Below, in pieces: positions 17,920 through 27,446 of a stretch of 41,775 nucleotides of DNA. The stretch lies in IMG/VR virus record IMGVR_UViG_3300044513_002309, positions 1-41,775 of that record; one strand, written 5' to 3'. The DNA comes from a virus (Duplodnaviria; Caudoviricetes). The first letter of the stretch is position 1. The number at the start of each line of letters is the position of its first letter. The notes beneath the pieces are model-generated. The model was given only the letters and a program-made list of their open reading frames with translations. It was not told the origin of the DNA and ran no database searches. A program made the translations under genes and the position numbers.

Positions 17920-18042
17920 GCTCCTAGGGTAGTCGTATTGGCGGTCTGTGTCAACTGTGACTTTATTGACTTGTCTGCTTGACACCAACGATGTACGATA
18001 CGGAATAATCGCAAATTGTATCATTTTACAGAAAGGAAATCA

Positions 18043-18282
18043 ATGTTTGATTTGAATACGCCTGAATGGTTCGCTGAAGTACCGTGTATTGGAGAAGATC
18101 GCCTGTTCTTTTCTGCCCATCCGTCTAAACGTCGCATGGCAGTAGCCAAGTGCATAGAGCAGTGTGATAACACTGAGAAGTGTTTACGGTTTGCACTTGA
18201 TAATAAGATGACTCAAGGTGTGTGGGGCGGTAAGACTGGTCCAGAACTTTTAAGGCTGCTAGAAGCGGATGCGTATGCATAG
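18043..18282 (+). CDS. whiB: WhiB-family Fe-S transcription factor
   Basis: Four Cys (C..LFF..C..C..C) plus GVWGG; SD AAAGGA. Confidence 0.88.
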   Translation: MFDLNTPEWFAEVPCIGEDRLFFSAHPSKRRMAVAKCIEQCDNTEKCLRFALDNKMTQGVWGGKTGPELLRLLEADAYA

Positions 18283-18667
18283 GGAAGTTGAAAGTTTCGA
18301 TCCAGATGTTTTAGCAGTTTTAACTAGAGGCGGGGTTGAGATAACTTTCGTGACAGCGAGCCGTCATGCACTTGATGATAAAGATTATGCCGTGTTGCTG
18401 TGGTCTAATAAGTCGATGACTGTTGGGGTTTCTGAAGAGTATTTGTACTCTGAAATTGACGAGTATGTTGTTGATGGAATATTGAGTGCGGCTGATTTGG
18501 AGTCTGAATATTTGGAAGAAGCAGTCAAAGAGGCGGTTCAAGAACAGGCAGTTTCTTTGTTTGCTAAAAAGTTAACAGAAGTCTTCGATAATGCTATGCA
18601 GAGTGTCGATGACCCTACTTTACGTAACTTAGATTATTCATTGGAACGACTGCTGAATGAGGATTGA
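18269..18667 (+). CDS. acidic hypothetical protein
   Basis: ORF overlapping the whiB end. Confidence 0.7.
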   Translation: MRMHREVESFDPDVLAVLTRGGVEITFVTASRHALDDKDYAVLLWSNKSMTVGVSEEYLYSEIDEYVVDGILSAADLESEYLEEAVKEAVQEQAVSLFAKKLTEVFDNAMQSVDDPTLRNLDYSLERLLNED

Positions 18668-18692
18668 CATAACACTGTTTCCACTATAGAAT
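18664..18692 (+). promoter_or_regulatory. sigma-A-like promoter for the recombination operon
   Basis: TTGACA-17nt-TAGAAT. Confidence 0.8.
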
Positions 18693-18723
18693 ATGGGTAG
18701 TTACTATTTACTAAGGAGATTAC

Positions 18724-19236
18724 ATGTCTGATTTGTCTGGGCCTTCCTCAACCTTGCATGAGGTCCAATCTTTGCTTTCCACCCTTGATGGATGGATTAT
18801 GCAGTTGAATAATTCTGTAGAAAATTCTGAAACTTCCGATCTGTTGCAGTTTGCGAGCGATTTGCACGCCGCCAAGTCTCATGTTTCAGAACTGTTCAAC
18901 GAAGTTCAATCAATTGTTACTGAACACGTAGGCCATCTAGCGGTCCCCGTTACTGTCGATGGTGCAACGGTAGAAATAAAGTCGGGTTCCCCACGAAAGA
19001 CATGGGACCATCAGTCGCTAATTGAAGACGTGAGTAAGCGCATTGTTGACAGTAGTGTTGACTTGAATACTGGGGAAGTGATTAAGTCCCCCGTGGAAAT
19101 GATTCGTGAGGCTTTACAGTTTGCGGGCATCTCGTATTGGAAGGTCACCAAGTTGAAGGAACTTCATTTAGATGCAGACGAGTATTGTGAAGTTGGAGAG
19201 TCTAAGAAGAATCTAGTTATTAGGAGAAATAAATGA
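18724..19236 (+). CDS. hypothetical protein (recombination module)
   Basis: 170-aa ORF with SD AAGGAG. Confidence 0.8.
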   Translation: MSDLSGPSSTLHEVQSLLSTLDGWIMQLNNSVENSETSDLLQFASDLHAAKSHVSELFNEVQSIVTEHVGHLAVPVTVDGATVEIKSGSPRKTWDHQSLIEDVSKRIVDSSVDLNTGEVIKSPVEMIREALQFAGISYWKVTKLKELHLDADEYCEVGESKKNLVIRRNK

Positions 19237-19895
19237 GCCATATGTTAGTTGCGTTATCTGAACCGTTTGACTCTTCAGTTGAGCGTCAGTTAAAGAAAGG
19301 TGGAACCAGCCTTACTTACATTCCTGTTAGTGAAGTTATTAGCCGCCTGAACCGTGTGCTAGGGGTTGACATGTGGTCTTACGAAATTATTTCGTGTGCC
19401 CGTGACGGTCTTGATCCAGATTTTGTTGTAGCGCATGTTCGTTTGACTGCTACGTTTGTTCCCACGAATGATGCCCCTGCTATCAAGATTGTCAAGGATG
19501 GTATTGGCGGTCAAAAGATCAAGCGTACCAAGAATGGTGATATCGTTGATCTAGGCGACGAAATGAAGGGTGCGGTGTCGGACGCTTTGAAGAAGGCAGC
19601 ACAGCACTTGGGTGTTGGTTTGTACCTCGCCCGTTCCGAAGAAGCAATGCACTTGGAGCGTGTTGAAGAAGAAGCAGATTCGCCAATTAGTGCTGAGCAC
19701 TTTGAGAAACTGCGAGGCGTTCTGAATAATCAGCCACAGGATGTTATTGATGCTTGCCGTAGTCACTGGGATACAATTTCTGATGGCGCTGAGTTCGTCA
19801 ATGAGAATGTAACAGCAAATTATTTGAGAGCGATGCTTGACTTTGTTAAGACCAGTAACGTTGAAGCGGCAGAAGAAGAGACGGATGCAGGATAG
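19233..19895 (+). CDS. Rad52/Rad22-family (Sak-like) single-strand annealing protein
   Basis: LTYIP...VISRLNRVLG..WS, KDGIG, KGAVSDALKKAA..LGVGLYL. Confidence 0.85.
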   Translation: MSHMLVALSEPFDSSVERQLKKGGTSLTYIPVSEVISRLNRVLGVDMWSYEIISCARDGLDPDFVVAHVRLTATFVPTNDAPAIKIVKDGIGGQKIKRTKNGDIVDLGDEMKGAVSDALKKAAQHLGVGLYLARSEEAMHLERVEEEADSPISAEHFEKLRGVLNNQPQDVIDACRSHWDTISDGAEFVNENVTANYLRAMLDFVKTSNVEAAEEETDAG

Positions 19896-20667
19896 TTTAG
19901 ACTTGGGTCCTCTTTCTTATGAGTACCCAAAGTACATGTCGCCTAGTTCTATTGGAACTTTTCAGCAGTGCCCCTTGAAGTTCAAGTTTTCTAGGCTAGA
20001 TAAATTACCTACGGAATCTACAGAGGCACAGCACCTAGGCTCGTTTGTTCACGAGGTTCTTGAAGAACTGTTTACCTATCCACGTGAAGAGCGTACTGAG
20101 GCCACTGCCAGAAAGTTGGCTCGTGATTTATGGGAAAGTAAGTGGTCAACCGAATTTCACGCACTTAAAGAAAAGTGTGATGAGAATGAATTCCGCTGGA
20201 AGGCTTGGTGGTGTATTGAAAACTACTTCGGCATGGAAGACCCCACCTCTTTTGATGCAACAGGTATTGAAGCCAAGATGGACGGTGAAATTGATGGCGT
20301 GCCTATCTTTGGCATCATTGATCGTTATACTGTTGAAGATGGAAAGTTAGTTATTTCTGATTACAAGACAGGCAAAAAGCCTCGCCCACAGTATGAGTGG
20401 GAAAAGAAAATGCAAATCACCATTTACAGTATTTTACTAAAAGAGCAAACCGGTATGGATATTGAGCGTGCTGAGTTACTGTATGTGAAGTCTGGGCAGT
20501 TTGCAAAGTACACTGTAGACGAAAAACTTGAAAACGCTGTGCGTGTTGAAGTACGTAACACATGGAATGAAGTTAAGTCAATGTGTGACTCCGGCGAGTT
20601 TGAAACTAGGACTGGACCATTGTGTAACTGGTGTGATTTCAAAAGACTTTGCCCGGAATGGAACTGA
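19885..20667 (+). CDS. PD-(D/E)XK RecB-family exonuclease with an Fe-S Cys motif
   Basis: SPSS..F.QCP, G..VH..LE, GIIDR, DYKTG, CNWCDFKRLC. Confidence 0.9.
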   Translation: MQDSLDLGPLSYEYPKYMSPSSIGTFQQCPLKFKFSRLDKLPTESTEAQHLGSFVHEVLEELFTYPREERTEATARKLARDLWESKWSTEFHALKEKCDENEFRWKAWWCIENYFGMEDPTSFDATGIEAKMDGEIDGVPIFGIIDRYTVEDGKLVISDYKTGKKPRPQYEWEKKMQITIYSILLKEQTGMDIERAELLYVKSGQFAKYTVDEKLENAVRVEVRNTWNEVKSMCDSGEFETRTGPLCNWCDFKRLCPEWN

Positions 20668-20670
20668 ACC

Positions 20671-21129
20671 ATGTCTGCTGTAAAAGATTTTGAGATAGTT
20701 GTTTCTGAAGATATCAAAAACAAGGCTTCACAGCAAGACAAAGACCTATTAAGACTTCCTGAGAACCATGAAGCATGGAAAGAATGCTTACTCAATATAA
20801 TAAAAACCGTTTCAGATAAAATGGGCGTATTGCAGACTGAGATAGACCAACTAAGGTCTATGTATAGTGGGTTTGATATTGATCCTGCCGCTAGTTTGGA
20901 AGATCAAAAAGAAAAAGCCGCACGGTTTAGGTTTTACGCTGAAAAGCGATTAGCCGAAGTAGACAGGCTAATTACTCTAGGCGCACCTGCTGACCCTTCG
21001 CTGTCTCTTGCCACGTTTCTACGTGAGGCTATTGTTGCGCATCGTAGTTGGCATAGAGAAAGAGGTTTGGTTAATTCTGAAGGCGACGACTGCTTATATG
21101 CTGCTTTAGATGGGGAATGGAAGTTTTAA
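20671..21129 (+). CDS. hypothetical coiled-coil protein
   Basis: ORF within the operon. Confidence 0.75.
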   Translation: MSAVKDFEIVVSEDIKNKASQQDKDLLRLPENHEAWKECLLNIIKTVSDKMGVLQTEIDQLRSMYSGFDIDPAASLEDQKEKAARFRFYAEKRLAEVDRLITLGAPADPSLSLATFLREAIVAHRSWHRERGLVNSEGDDCLYAALDGEWKF

Positions 21130-22244
21130 TGAAGATAGGTTTTGCTTCTAACGACTGGTCTAGGTCTATGCACACCGTTACGGGATCGCCTGTAATGGGC
21201 GGTTCTGGTCATATTAGATTAGGGCAGTATTTAGGCCCTATGCGCAAAAGAGGCGTGGATTGTGTTGTGGGTATTTTGGCTCATAATAGTATGACTGGTA
21301 CGTTTGGTGTTCATAGTTTTGATGGTACGGGCGATCATTTTGATTGTGACGTTATCGTCATGCAGCGATACATGCATATGCAAGTTTTACCAGATATGAA
21401 GAAAGCACAGAGCGCTGGTCAAATCGTTTTACAAGATGTTGATGACTGGTATTGGGGCTTGAGTGAAAAGAATGCTGCGTTTGAGGCGGGTGACCCTAAG
21501 AAAAATCCAAAAGAAAATATAAATTGGTATAAACAAATCATCGAACAATCTGACGGTATTATTACGTCTACTCCTTTTCTTCAAAAGAAAATGTTGGAGT
21601 GGAACGACAACGTGGGTCTGCATACTAACCACGTTAATGTTGAACAGTTTAAAAATGTTAAAAGGTTTGAATCCCCTAATGCTAAAAAAATTGTTGTTGG
21701 GTGGATGGGTTCCACCGCACACAGAAGCGGTGATCTTGAAATATTGAAGCCTTACAGTAAGACAATTTCACATTTTGCTAATTGGCACCACACCGGAAAT
21801 GTTGATGCTGCTGGGTGGCCTAAATTCCACAGAGAGATTGGAGTGGAGGCAGGTATAACTACTTACTCCCCGTTTTTAGCCCCTTATGAGTTGCAAAACG
21901 GATTTTTATTTAATGTCGGTATTGTGCCTTTAACTGAAATACCTTTTAATCACGCTAAATCTTATATTAAAGGTTTAGAGTATGCTGCTGCCGGAGTGCC
22001 GTTTGTATGCTCCATGTCGCCGCAATACGAAGAACTAACACAAGAACACGGGATAGGTATTTTGGCAGAAAGTCCTGCCCAGTATCCTAAATTATTAAAA
22101 AAGTTTACCGACCAAGACTTTATTAAAGAGTCTTCCATTGCTCTGCGTAAAAAAGTTAAGCGGTTTGATATAAAAATTGGCGCAGGCAAACTTTATACAA
22201 CTATCAAAGAGTTACACAAGGAGGCTTGGCGTGAAAAGAGGTAA
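21129..22244 (+). CDS. GT-B (GT4-like) glycosyltransferase
   Basis: VMQR, DVDD, VGWMGS, GIVPL...FNHAKSYIKGLEYAAAGVP. Confidence 0.85.
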   Translation: MKIGFASNDWSRSMHTVTGSPVMGGSGHIRLGQYLGPMRKRGVDCVVGILAHNSMTGTFGVHSFDGTGDHFDCDVIVMQRYMHMQVLPDMKKAQSAGQIVLQDVDDWYWGLSEKNAAFEAGDPKKNPKENINWYKQIIEQSDGIITSTPFLQKKMLEWNDNVGLHTNHVNVEQFKNVKRFESPNAKKIVVGWMGSTAHRSGDLEILKPYSKTISHFANWHHTGNVDAAGWPKFHREIGVEAGITTYSPFLAPYELQNGFLFNVGIVPLTEIPFNHAKSYIKGLEYAAAGVPFVCSMSPQYEELTQEHGIGILAESPAQYPKLLKKFTDQDFIKESSIALRKKVKRFDIKIGAGKLYTTIKELHKEAWREKR

Positions 22245-22722
22245 ACCGTTAAAACGCACTCCTTTGAAAAGGGGCGATAGTCAACTTAAGCGCACTCCTT
22301 TAAAACCTCGCTCCAAGAAGATGGAGGACATCTATGTTGAGCGCCGTGCTCTAGTTAAAGAGTTATTGGAATCCCACGACTACTGTCAGGCGTGTTTGGT
22401 GTACCACGTATTTGATGCTTTTGAAAATAGTCCCCCAAACGGTTCTCCACCTGTCTTCGGGGTAGTTAAACCTAACAAGACTAGAGATATTCATGAACTG
22501 ATTAACAGATCACAAGGTGGAAGCATAACTCAGCGAAATAATTTGCTGGCAGTATGCAGACCTTGCCATAATAGAATAACTACAAATCCAAAAGAAGCAG
22601 AAAGGCTCGGATTGCACTTAGAGAGTTGGTGCAACACCGAAGATTACTTCGTAGAAGCAGAAAGGGTCCGAAATGAGTGGGCGTCAGGAAATGTTACAAA
22701 GCCTCATTGGTTCAGCGATTAG
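22231..22722 (+). CDS. HNH endonuclease with a basic LKRTPL repeat N-terminus
   Basis: CQAC...HE...RSQGG...NLLAVCRPCH; GTG start with AAGGAGG. Confidence 0.8.
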   Translation: MKRGKPLKRTPLKRGDSQLKRTPLKPRSKKMEDIYVERRALVKELLESHDYCQACLVYHVFDAFENSPPNGSPPVFGVVKPNKTRDIHELINRSQGGSITQRNNLLAVCRPCHNRITTNPKEAERLGLHLESWCNTEDYFVEAERVRNEWASGNVTKPHWFSD

Positions 22723-23572
22723 CGAGCATCCAGATTTACTGTCTGAAATTAATTCTTTAGCAGATGGTTTTCCCGATAGTAGTTTACCTCTACTAGACAG
22801 GGAGAACGTTGATTACAGTCAGTTGACTGATTTGCAACGACAGTGGAGAGATGACGGGGTTGTAATTTTAAAAAACTTCATCCCAGACAACATGATTGAA
22901 GCCTACCGTCAAGATTGGATTCAGCATAACAGAATCAATCATGATAGACCTCAAGGCTATCCGGGAGAGTGCGCTTACTTTCAAGTACCTAGTTTGATGA
23001 ACCTATCAACTTATAAGCCGCTACATGATGTGTTGGAGCAGTTAATTGGTGATCAGATGGGTGTCCACTTAAACTTAACGGGATGGAAGTCTACGCAACG
23101 TAATTGGCACCAAGACGGATACTTAAACCCTGATTCTAACAGGGACCATTATCTCGCCGTGTGGGTAGCCCTGAACGATATCCATGAAGATTCAGGCCCA
23201 TTTGAGTACGTTAGAAAGACGCACATGTTGCCCACTATTACTCAAGAGGCTACTAAAATGCGCATCCCCGTATCATTACGAGAAGACCCCATGTGGCCAA
23301 AGTATTCGGAAGAGTTTCTTACTCCCATGTTTGAAGATATTTTGAATCGTGGTAATCTACAGAAAGAGCAGTTTATTGCCAGTAAGGGGGATGTTCTGAT
23401 TTGGCACGCACGGTTAATGCATCGTGGCACCATTCCAAACAATCCTGATCTTTGGCGTGAAACCGCAATTCTACATTACTCCGGGGTTAATAATCGGCCA
23501 GATATGCCAGAAGCCGTTCAGCACGGTGATGGTGGGTGGTACTTCCCTATTAACCAAAATATCCCACTCTAA
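22673..23572 (+). CDS. PhyH-family Fe(II)/2OG dioxygenase
   Basis: DGVVILKN, WHQD, VWVAL, SGPF, GDVLIWHARLMHRG. Confidence 0.88.
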   Translation: MSGRQEMLQSLIGSAISEHPDLLSEINSLADGFPDSSLPLLDRENVDYSQLTDLQRQWRDDGVVILKNFIPDNMIEAYRQDWIQHNRINHDRPQGYPGECAYFQVPSLMNLSTYKPLHDVLEQLIGDQMGVHLNLTGWKSTQRNWHQDGYLNPDSNRDHYLAVWVALNDIHEDSGPFEYVRKTHMLPTITQEATKMRIPVSLREDPMWPKYSEEFLTPMFEDILNRGNLQKEQFIASKGDVLIWHARLMHRGTIPNNPDLWRETAILHYSGVNNRPDMPEAVQHGDGGWYFPINQNIPL

Positions 23573-23952
23573 TGCCTACTAGTTATGGCAAGAGCGCCAA
23601 AGCGAAGGCTACTAAACTTCACAGTCTTTACGTCCGCACTAGAGATAACTTTACTTGTCGCTGGTGTGGTGCAACTAAGGAACAGGGTAAGCAGATACAA
23701 TGTGCTCACATTATTTCTCGTAGCATTTCTGCTACTAGGACTGACGGTAGGAATGCGGTTGCTTTATGCGCATCATGCCATTGGGCACAATCAAAGAACC
23801 CTTTAGTGTGGGCACGCTGGATTGAGTCAGAACTGGGCAAGGAACATCTAGATGACCTTCTTGAACGAGGTGTTCCCGGTATTAAAGTTGATTGGCAGGC
23901 TGAATGTGAAAGGCTTGAAATCGCCCTTGCCACTTTGGGTACAAAGTGGTAA
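23572..23952 (+). CDS. NinG/HNH-like nuclease
   Basis: SLYVRTRD..CRWCG..QCAHIISR..TR..NAVALCASCH. Confidence 0.75.
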   Translation: MPTSYGKSAKAKATKLHSLYVRTRDNFTCRWCGATKEQGKQIQCAHIISRSISATRTDGRNAVALCASCHWAQSKNPLVWARWIESELGKEHLDDLLERGVPGIKVDWQAECERLEIALATLGTKW

Positions 23953-23955
23953 CAT

Positions 23956-24312
23956 ATGTCTATGAACTCGTACAGAACTGCGCCGATTAGCCCTGTTGAA
24001 GTAGAATCAGAGTTGATCAGATTAACTTCCGAGATGGAGCGAGAGACTGAAGAGTTTGAGGTTTTGGCTAAAGACTATGCCGCAAAAGAAGCGGAATACA
24101 AAAAGCAGTGGTTTAAAGAGTACTTGGCTGCTGAAGGTGCGGTCAAACAGAAAGAAAGTTGGGCAGGTTACAAAACAAGTGAGTTGCACTATGACTCAAT
24201 GATTGCTGAAGCATTAGTTAAGGCGAAGCGGGAAAAACTGCATTCACTTCGTACCGCTTGTGATGCGCTTCGCACAATTGCAGCAAACGTTAGATCACAA
24301 AGTAAATTCTGA
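23956..24312 (+). CDS. helical hypothetical protein (possibly UvsY-like)
   Basis: Coiled-coil-like ORF; family call weak. Confidence 0.65.
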   Translation: MSMNSYRTAPISPVEVESELIRLTSEMERETEEFEVLAKDYAAKEAEYKKQWFKEYLAAEGAVKQKESWAGYKTSELHYDSMIAEALVKAKREKLHSLRTACDALRTIAANVRSQSKF

Positions 24313-24322
24313 GGAGACTTCA

Positions 24323-24955
24323 ATGTCTGATAAAAAATATTTAAACGTAGGATGCGGCCACCATTACGCTGCTGGATGGATCAATACAGATGTGTGGGAG
24401 GACGAAAAAACATGTCCAGATGTACTAGTCCGGCGTGATGAACCTTACCCTTTTGAAGATAATTACTTTGACGCCATATACTTAGGCCATGTATTAGAAC
24501 ACATTTCGTGGACTAAGATTGGAGTCTTTTTGAAAGAGATGGTGCGTGTCGCTAAGCCGGGAGCGCCTGTTCTGGCGGTTGGCCCTGACGTTTACCGTAC
24601 AATCCAGCGATGGAAAGAAGGTAAAGAACCTTGGGATATGGTTAGGTCAGTTATGGAACATCAAGACATTGACGCACAACTGTATCATACTGCTGATGAC
24701 GGTTCATACGTTGCTTCTCCGCCTCCCACGCCTGAATGGTGGGATGGTGCGGCGCACTACTGGAACTGCCACGAAGCCCGCTTAGACCAAGTTATGAAAA
24801 CACACTTTGGCGAAGTTCAGATTTACTCGTCTTTTATTGAGAGCGACCTACCCGGAAATCGCCAAACTTGGTATGATTCAAGAAATAATATCACATGGCC
24901 AGTCGTAGGATATTGGTGGTGGCAGTGCGCTGTAGCAGGTAAGGTTATAAAGTGA
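24323..24955 (+). CDS. SAM-dependent methyltransferase (type 11)
   Basis: LNVGCG, GWINTD, FDAIYLGHVLEH, RVAKPG; SD GAGGAG. Confidence 0.85.
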   Translation: MSDKKYLNVGCGHHYAAGWINTDVWEDEKTCPDVLVRRDEPYPFEDNYFDAIYLGHVLEHISWTKIGVFLKEMVRVAKPGAPVLAVGPDVYRTIQRWKEGKEPWDMVRSVMEHQDIDAQLYHTADDGSYVASPPPTPEWWDGAAHYWNCHEARLDQVMKTHFGEVQIYSSFIESDLPGNRQTWYDSRNNITWPVVGYWWWQCAVAGKVIK

Positions 24956-25731
24956 TTCATAACATTTCAGAAAATATTCAAGGGCTTTCAGTAGACATTG
25001 AACTATTAAAGCCTTTAGAGAATAACGCTAGACGTGGAGATGTAGATGCAATCATGGCATCGTACTCCAAGTTTGGACAGGTCAAGCCTATCGTTGCGGT
25101 TAGTGATACTGATGGGACACTGACTGTTATTGCTGGCAACCATCAGTTGGAGGCCGCTAAACGTTTGGGTTGGCAGGAAATTGCTGTATCTATTGTTGAT
25201 CTTTCTACAGAAGATGCTTTAGCGTTTGCTTTAGCCGACAACAGAATTTCAGATTTGGGAACCACCGATACTGACCTGCTGTATGAGATGCTTAGCGATG
25301 CACTGGGGCATGATGAGGATTTTTTTGATGCGCTAGGGTGGGACGACTTTTCAGTTGCCGCTATTGAAAATACTGTGATTGAAAATCAATTCAACGAAAA
25401 TTCCGACCCCAATGCAGGATGGACTGCACCCGAAATTGTTGTAAATAATGTACCCTCTGCACCCGAATATACTTCATCTTCTTCAGAAGATGCATCTACA
25501 CCAGCACGGCCTGTTTCTGTTGAAAATATTGTAACTCAAGGTAGTACTGTAACAGGAAATTCAGGATCACAAAATGCGGCTATCCAGTTTACTCTTGTTT
25601 TTGACAGCGCAGAACAGCAATCAAAGTGGTACGGCTTTCTGAAGTGGCTTCAAGAAAGCAGCGTGTACGATGGTGATACAACTAGCGAACGACTTTTAGA
25701 TTTTATAAGTCAACATTCACCAAAGGGATAG
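24952..25731 (+). CDS. ParB/Srx N-terminal domain protein
   Basis: LKP..NNARR, FGQVKPIV, IAGNH..EAAK.LG, LADNR. Confidence 0.88.
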   Translation: MIHNISENIQGLSVDIELLKPLENNARRGDVDAIMASYSKFGQVKPIVAVSDTDGTLTVIAGNHQLEAAKRLGWQEIAVSIVDLSTEDALAFALADNRISDLGTTDTDLLYEMLSDALGHDEDFFDALGWDDFSVAAIENTVIENQFNENSDPNAGWTAPEIVVNNVPSAPEYTSSSSEDASTPARPVSVENIVTQGSTVTGNSGSQNAAIQFTLVFDSAEQQSKWYGFLKWLQESSVYDGDTTSERLLDFISQHSPKG

Positions 25732-25732
25732 T

Positions 25733-26905
25733 ATGCCTAGAAAGCGAATGTTTTTAGACATAGATTGCGTAGAGGCCGCTCGTCACCGCATCCGCCACGT
25801 CTATGATACCTTTGACACAGTGTGCGTTCAGTTCTCTGGAGGGAAAGACTCCACTGCCTGCCTTTACCTCGCTAAAGAAGTTCATGAAGAGCGTGGACTT
25901 GGGCCAGTTAAAGTTATATTCAGAGATGAAGAAATGCTTTCCCCTTCTATTGAAGAGTACGTCACTCGTGTCAGCCAGTATGATTGGGTCGATATGGAAT
26001 GGTATTGTTTACCACAGGGACAGGAGTTGTGGGTATTAGGAGCACGACAATACGTGTTATTATGGTCAAAGGAAAGGGAAGCACAGGGAAGACTGTTTCG
26101 ACCCTATCCAGAGAACGCTATTCGTGCAGAACACTTTGGTTTAAACCCTAGCGAGGCCATCCCTAAACGTATTGATGAGTATACAATGCAAGGCAAGAAG
26201 GGCAGAACTGCGTTCATTACGGGGATTAGGGCGAACGAGTCAATGATTCGTTACCGAACAGTAACGCAGAAGTTGCACGAAAACTACATCAACCGTCCTT
26301 TCAAGTTGTCTAAAGCGATTCCTATGAGATTCGCAAAGATTATTTATGACTGGACTTCGGATGATGTTTTGAAATACATTTCTGAAGAGCACGACGCCGA
26401 GTACTGCGCTTACTATGACTACGCCGCAATGAGTGGTGCTAACCAGCGGGTAGGTATTCCGCTTCACTCGGTGGCGGCAAGAAGACTTACTGATGTAATT
26501 CGCACAGAGCCTGAGTTCTACGATGACCTAGTACGTTGTTTTCCATCAATTGACGCACAGCGTCAGTTATGGTCTGAATTTGACATTGAACAAGTAATCG
26601 ACCTTTACTCCAGCGAGGGATGGAAGGGCGTCAAGTACTGTATTGACGATAACATTTTGACTGACGGTATGCATAAAGCCGCAATGGTGTACTCTAACGA
26701 ATTTAAGAAGCGCCATGCTAAAGACCCATATGGTTACCCAATTGATCATCTAGTCCGCACTTTACTGTTAAACGCATTTGCTGGCACCCCAAGCCCTGTA
26801 GGACCGAAGACAAAAGCACATAACAAGCGAGTTGCGCTATTAGAACAAGAAGAGCAGATGCTCATGGATGCTGACAGCCTTGACTTACAGGACGACAGCA
26901 GGTAG
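25733..26905 (+). CDS. PAPS-reductase-family PP-loop protein (IbrA/DUF3440-like)
   Basis: QFSGGKDS, FRDEE, GIRANES..R, IYDWT..DV. Confidence 0.85.
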   Translation: MPRKRMFLDIDCVEAARHRIRHVYDTFDTVCVQFSGGKDSTACLYLAKEVHEERGLGPVKVIFRDEEMLSPSIEEYVTRVSQYDWVDMEWYCLPQGQELWVLGARQYVLLWSKEREAQGRLFRPYPENAIRAEHFGLNPSEAIPKRIDEYTMQGKKGRTAFITGIRANESMIRYRTVTQKLHENYINRPFKLSKAIPMRFAKIIYDWTSDDVLKYISEEHDAEYCAYYDYAAMSGANQRVGIPLHSVAARRLTDVIRTEPEFYDDLVRCFPSIDAQRQLWSEFDIEQVIDLYSSEGWKGVKYCIDDNILTDGMHKAAMVYSNEFKKRHAKDPYGYPIDHLVRTLLLNAFAGTPSPVGPKTKAHNKRVALLEQEEQMLMDADSLDLQDDSR

Positions 26906-26908
26906 TCT
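26880..26908 (+). promoter_or_regulatory. internal leaderless promoter
   Basis: TTGACT-17nt-TAGTCT-6nt-ATG(26915). Confidence 0.7.
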
Positions 26909-26914
26909 ATACAG

Positions 26915-27436
26915 ATGGAGAATGTCGCTGTAACAGAATTGAAACGTGGCGGATGGGCAACAGCATGTTATATTGTAAGCCCTGACTACAAGCGTTTATT
27001 GACTTCAATTTCTACGTATGGGATTTTAGCCCCGATTGTCACAAAGGCGGATTACACAATTATTGATGGGCACCATCGGTATATAGCCGCACAGGAATTA
27101 GGTCTTAGTGAAGTGCCAGTAATTACAGTGGATTGTAGCGACATTGACGCAGTGTTGTTACATATCGACATGAATAGGTATAGAGGAATTGTTGTTGCTA
27201 AGTTTTTGTCGAATTTAATTGGTTACATTTTGGAGAACAGCGACTATTCTTATGACGATTTGCGTAACCGCATGGCTCTATCTAAAGAAGAGTTCGAAAT
27301 TCTTGCAGACGGTACGTTAGTTAAAATGCGTAAAATTAAACAACACTCTTACTCACCTGCTTGGGTTCCAGTAGAATCTGCTTCAGGCGAGACATTGACA
27401 ATCGAAAAAGTGACAGGACATTCGGAACAAGTATAG
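26915..27436 (+). CDS. ParB-like nuclease-domain protein (IbrB-like)
   Basis: SI..YG...PIV, IIDGHHR, MNRYRG, SYSPAW. Confidence 0.85.
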   Translation: MENVAVTELKRGGWATACYIVSPDYKRLLTSISTYGILAPIVTKADYTIIDGHHRYIAAQELGLSEVPVITVDCSDIDAVLLHIDMNRYRGIVVAKFLSNLIGYILENSDYSYDDLRNRMALSKEEFEILADGTLVKMRKIKQHSYSPAWVPVESASGETLTIEKVTGHSEQV

Positions 27437-27446
27437 GAGAAACATT

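Noticed and set aside
19885-20667. Cas4-like Cys pattern suggesting CRISPR
   Set aside because: No cas1/cas2 or repeat-spacer array; the context is an SSAP-exonuclease recombination pair.
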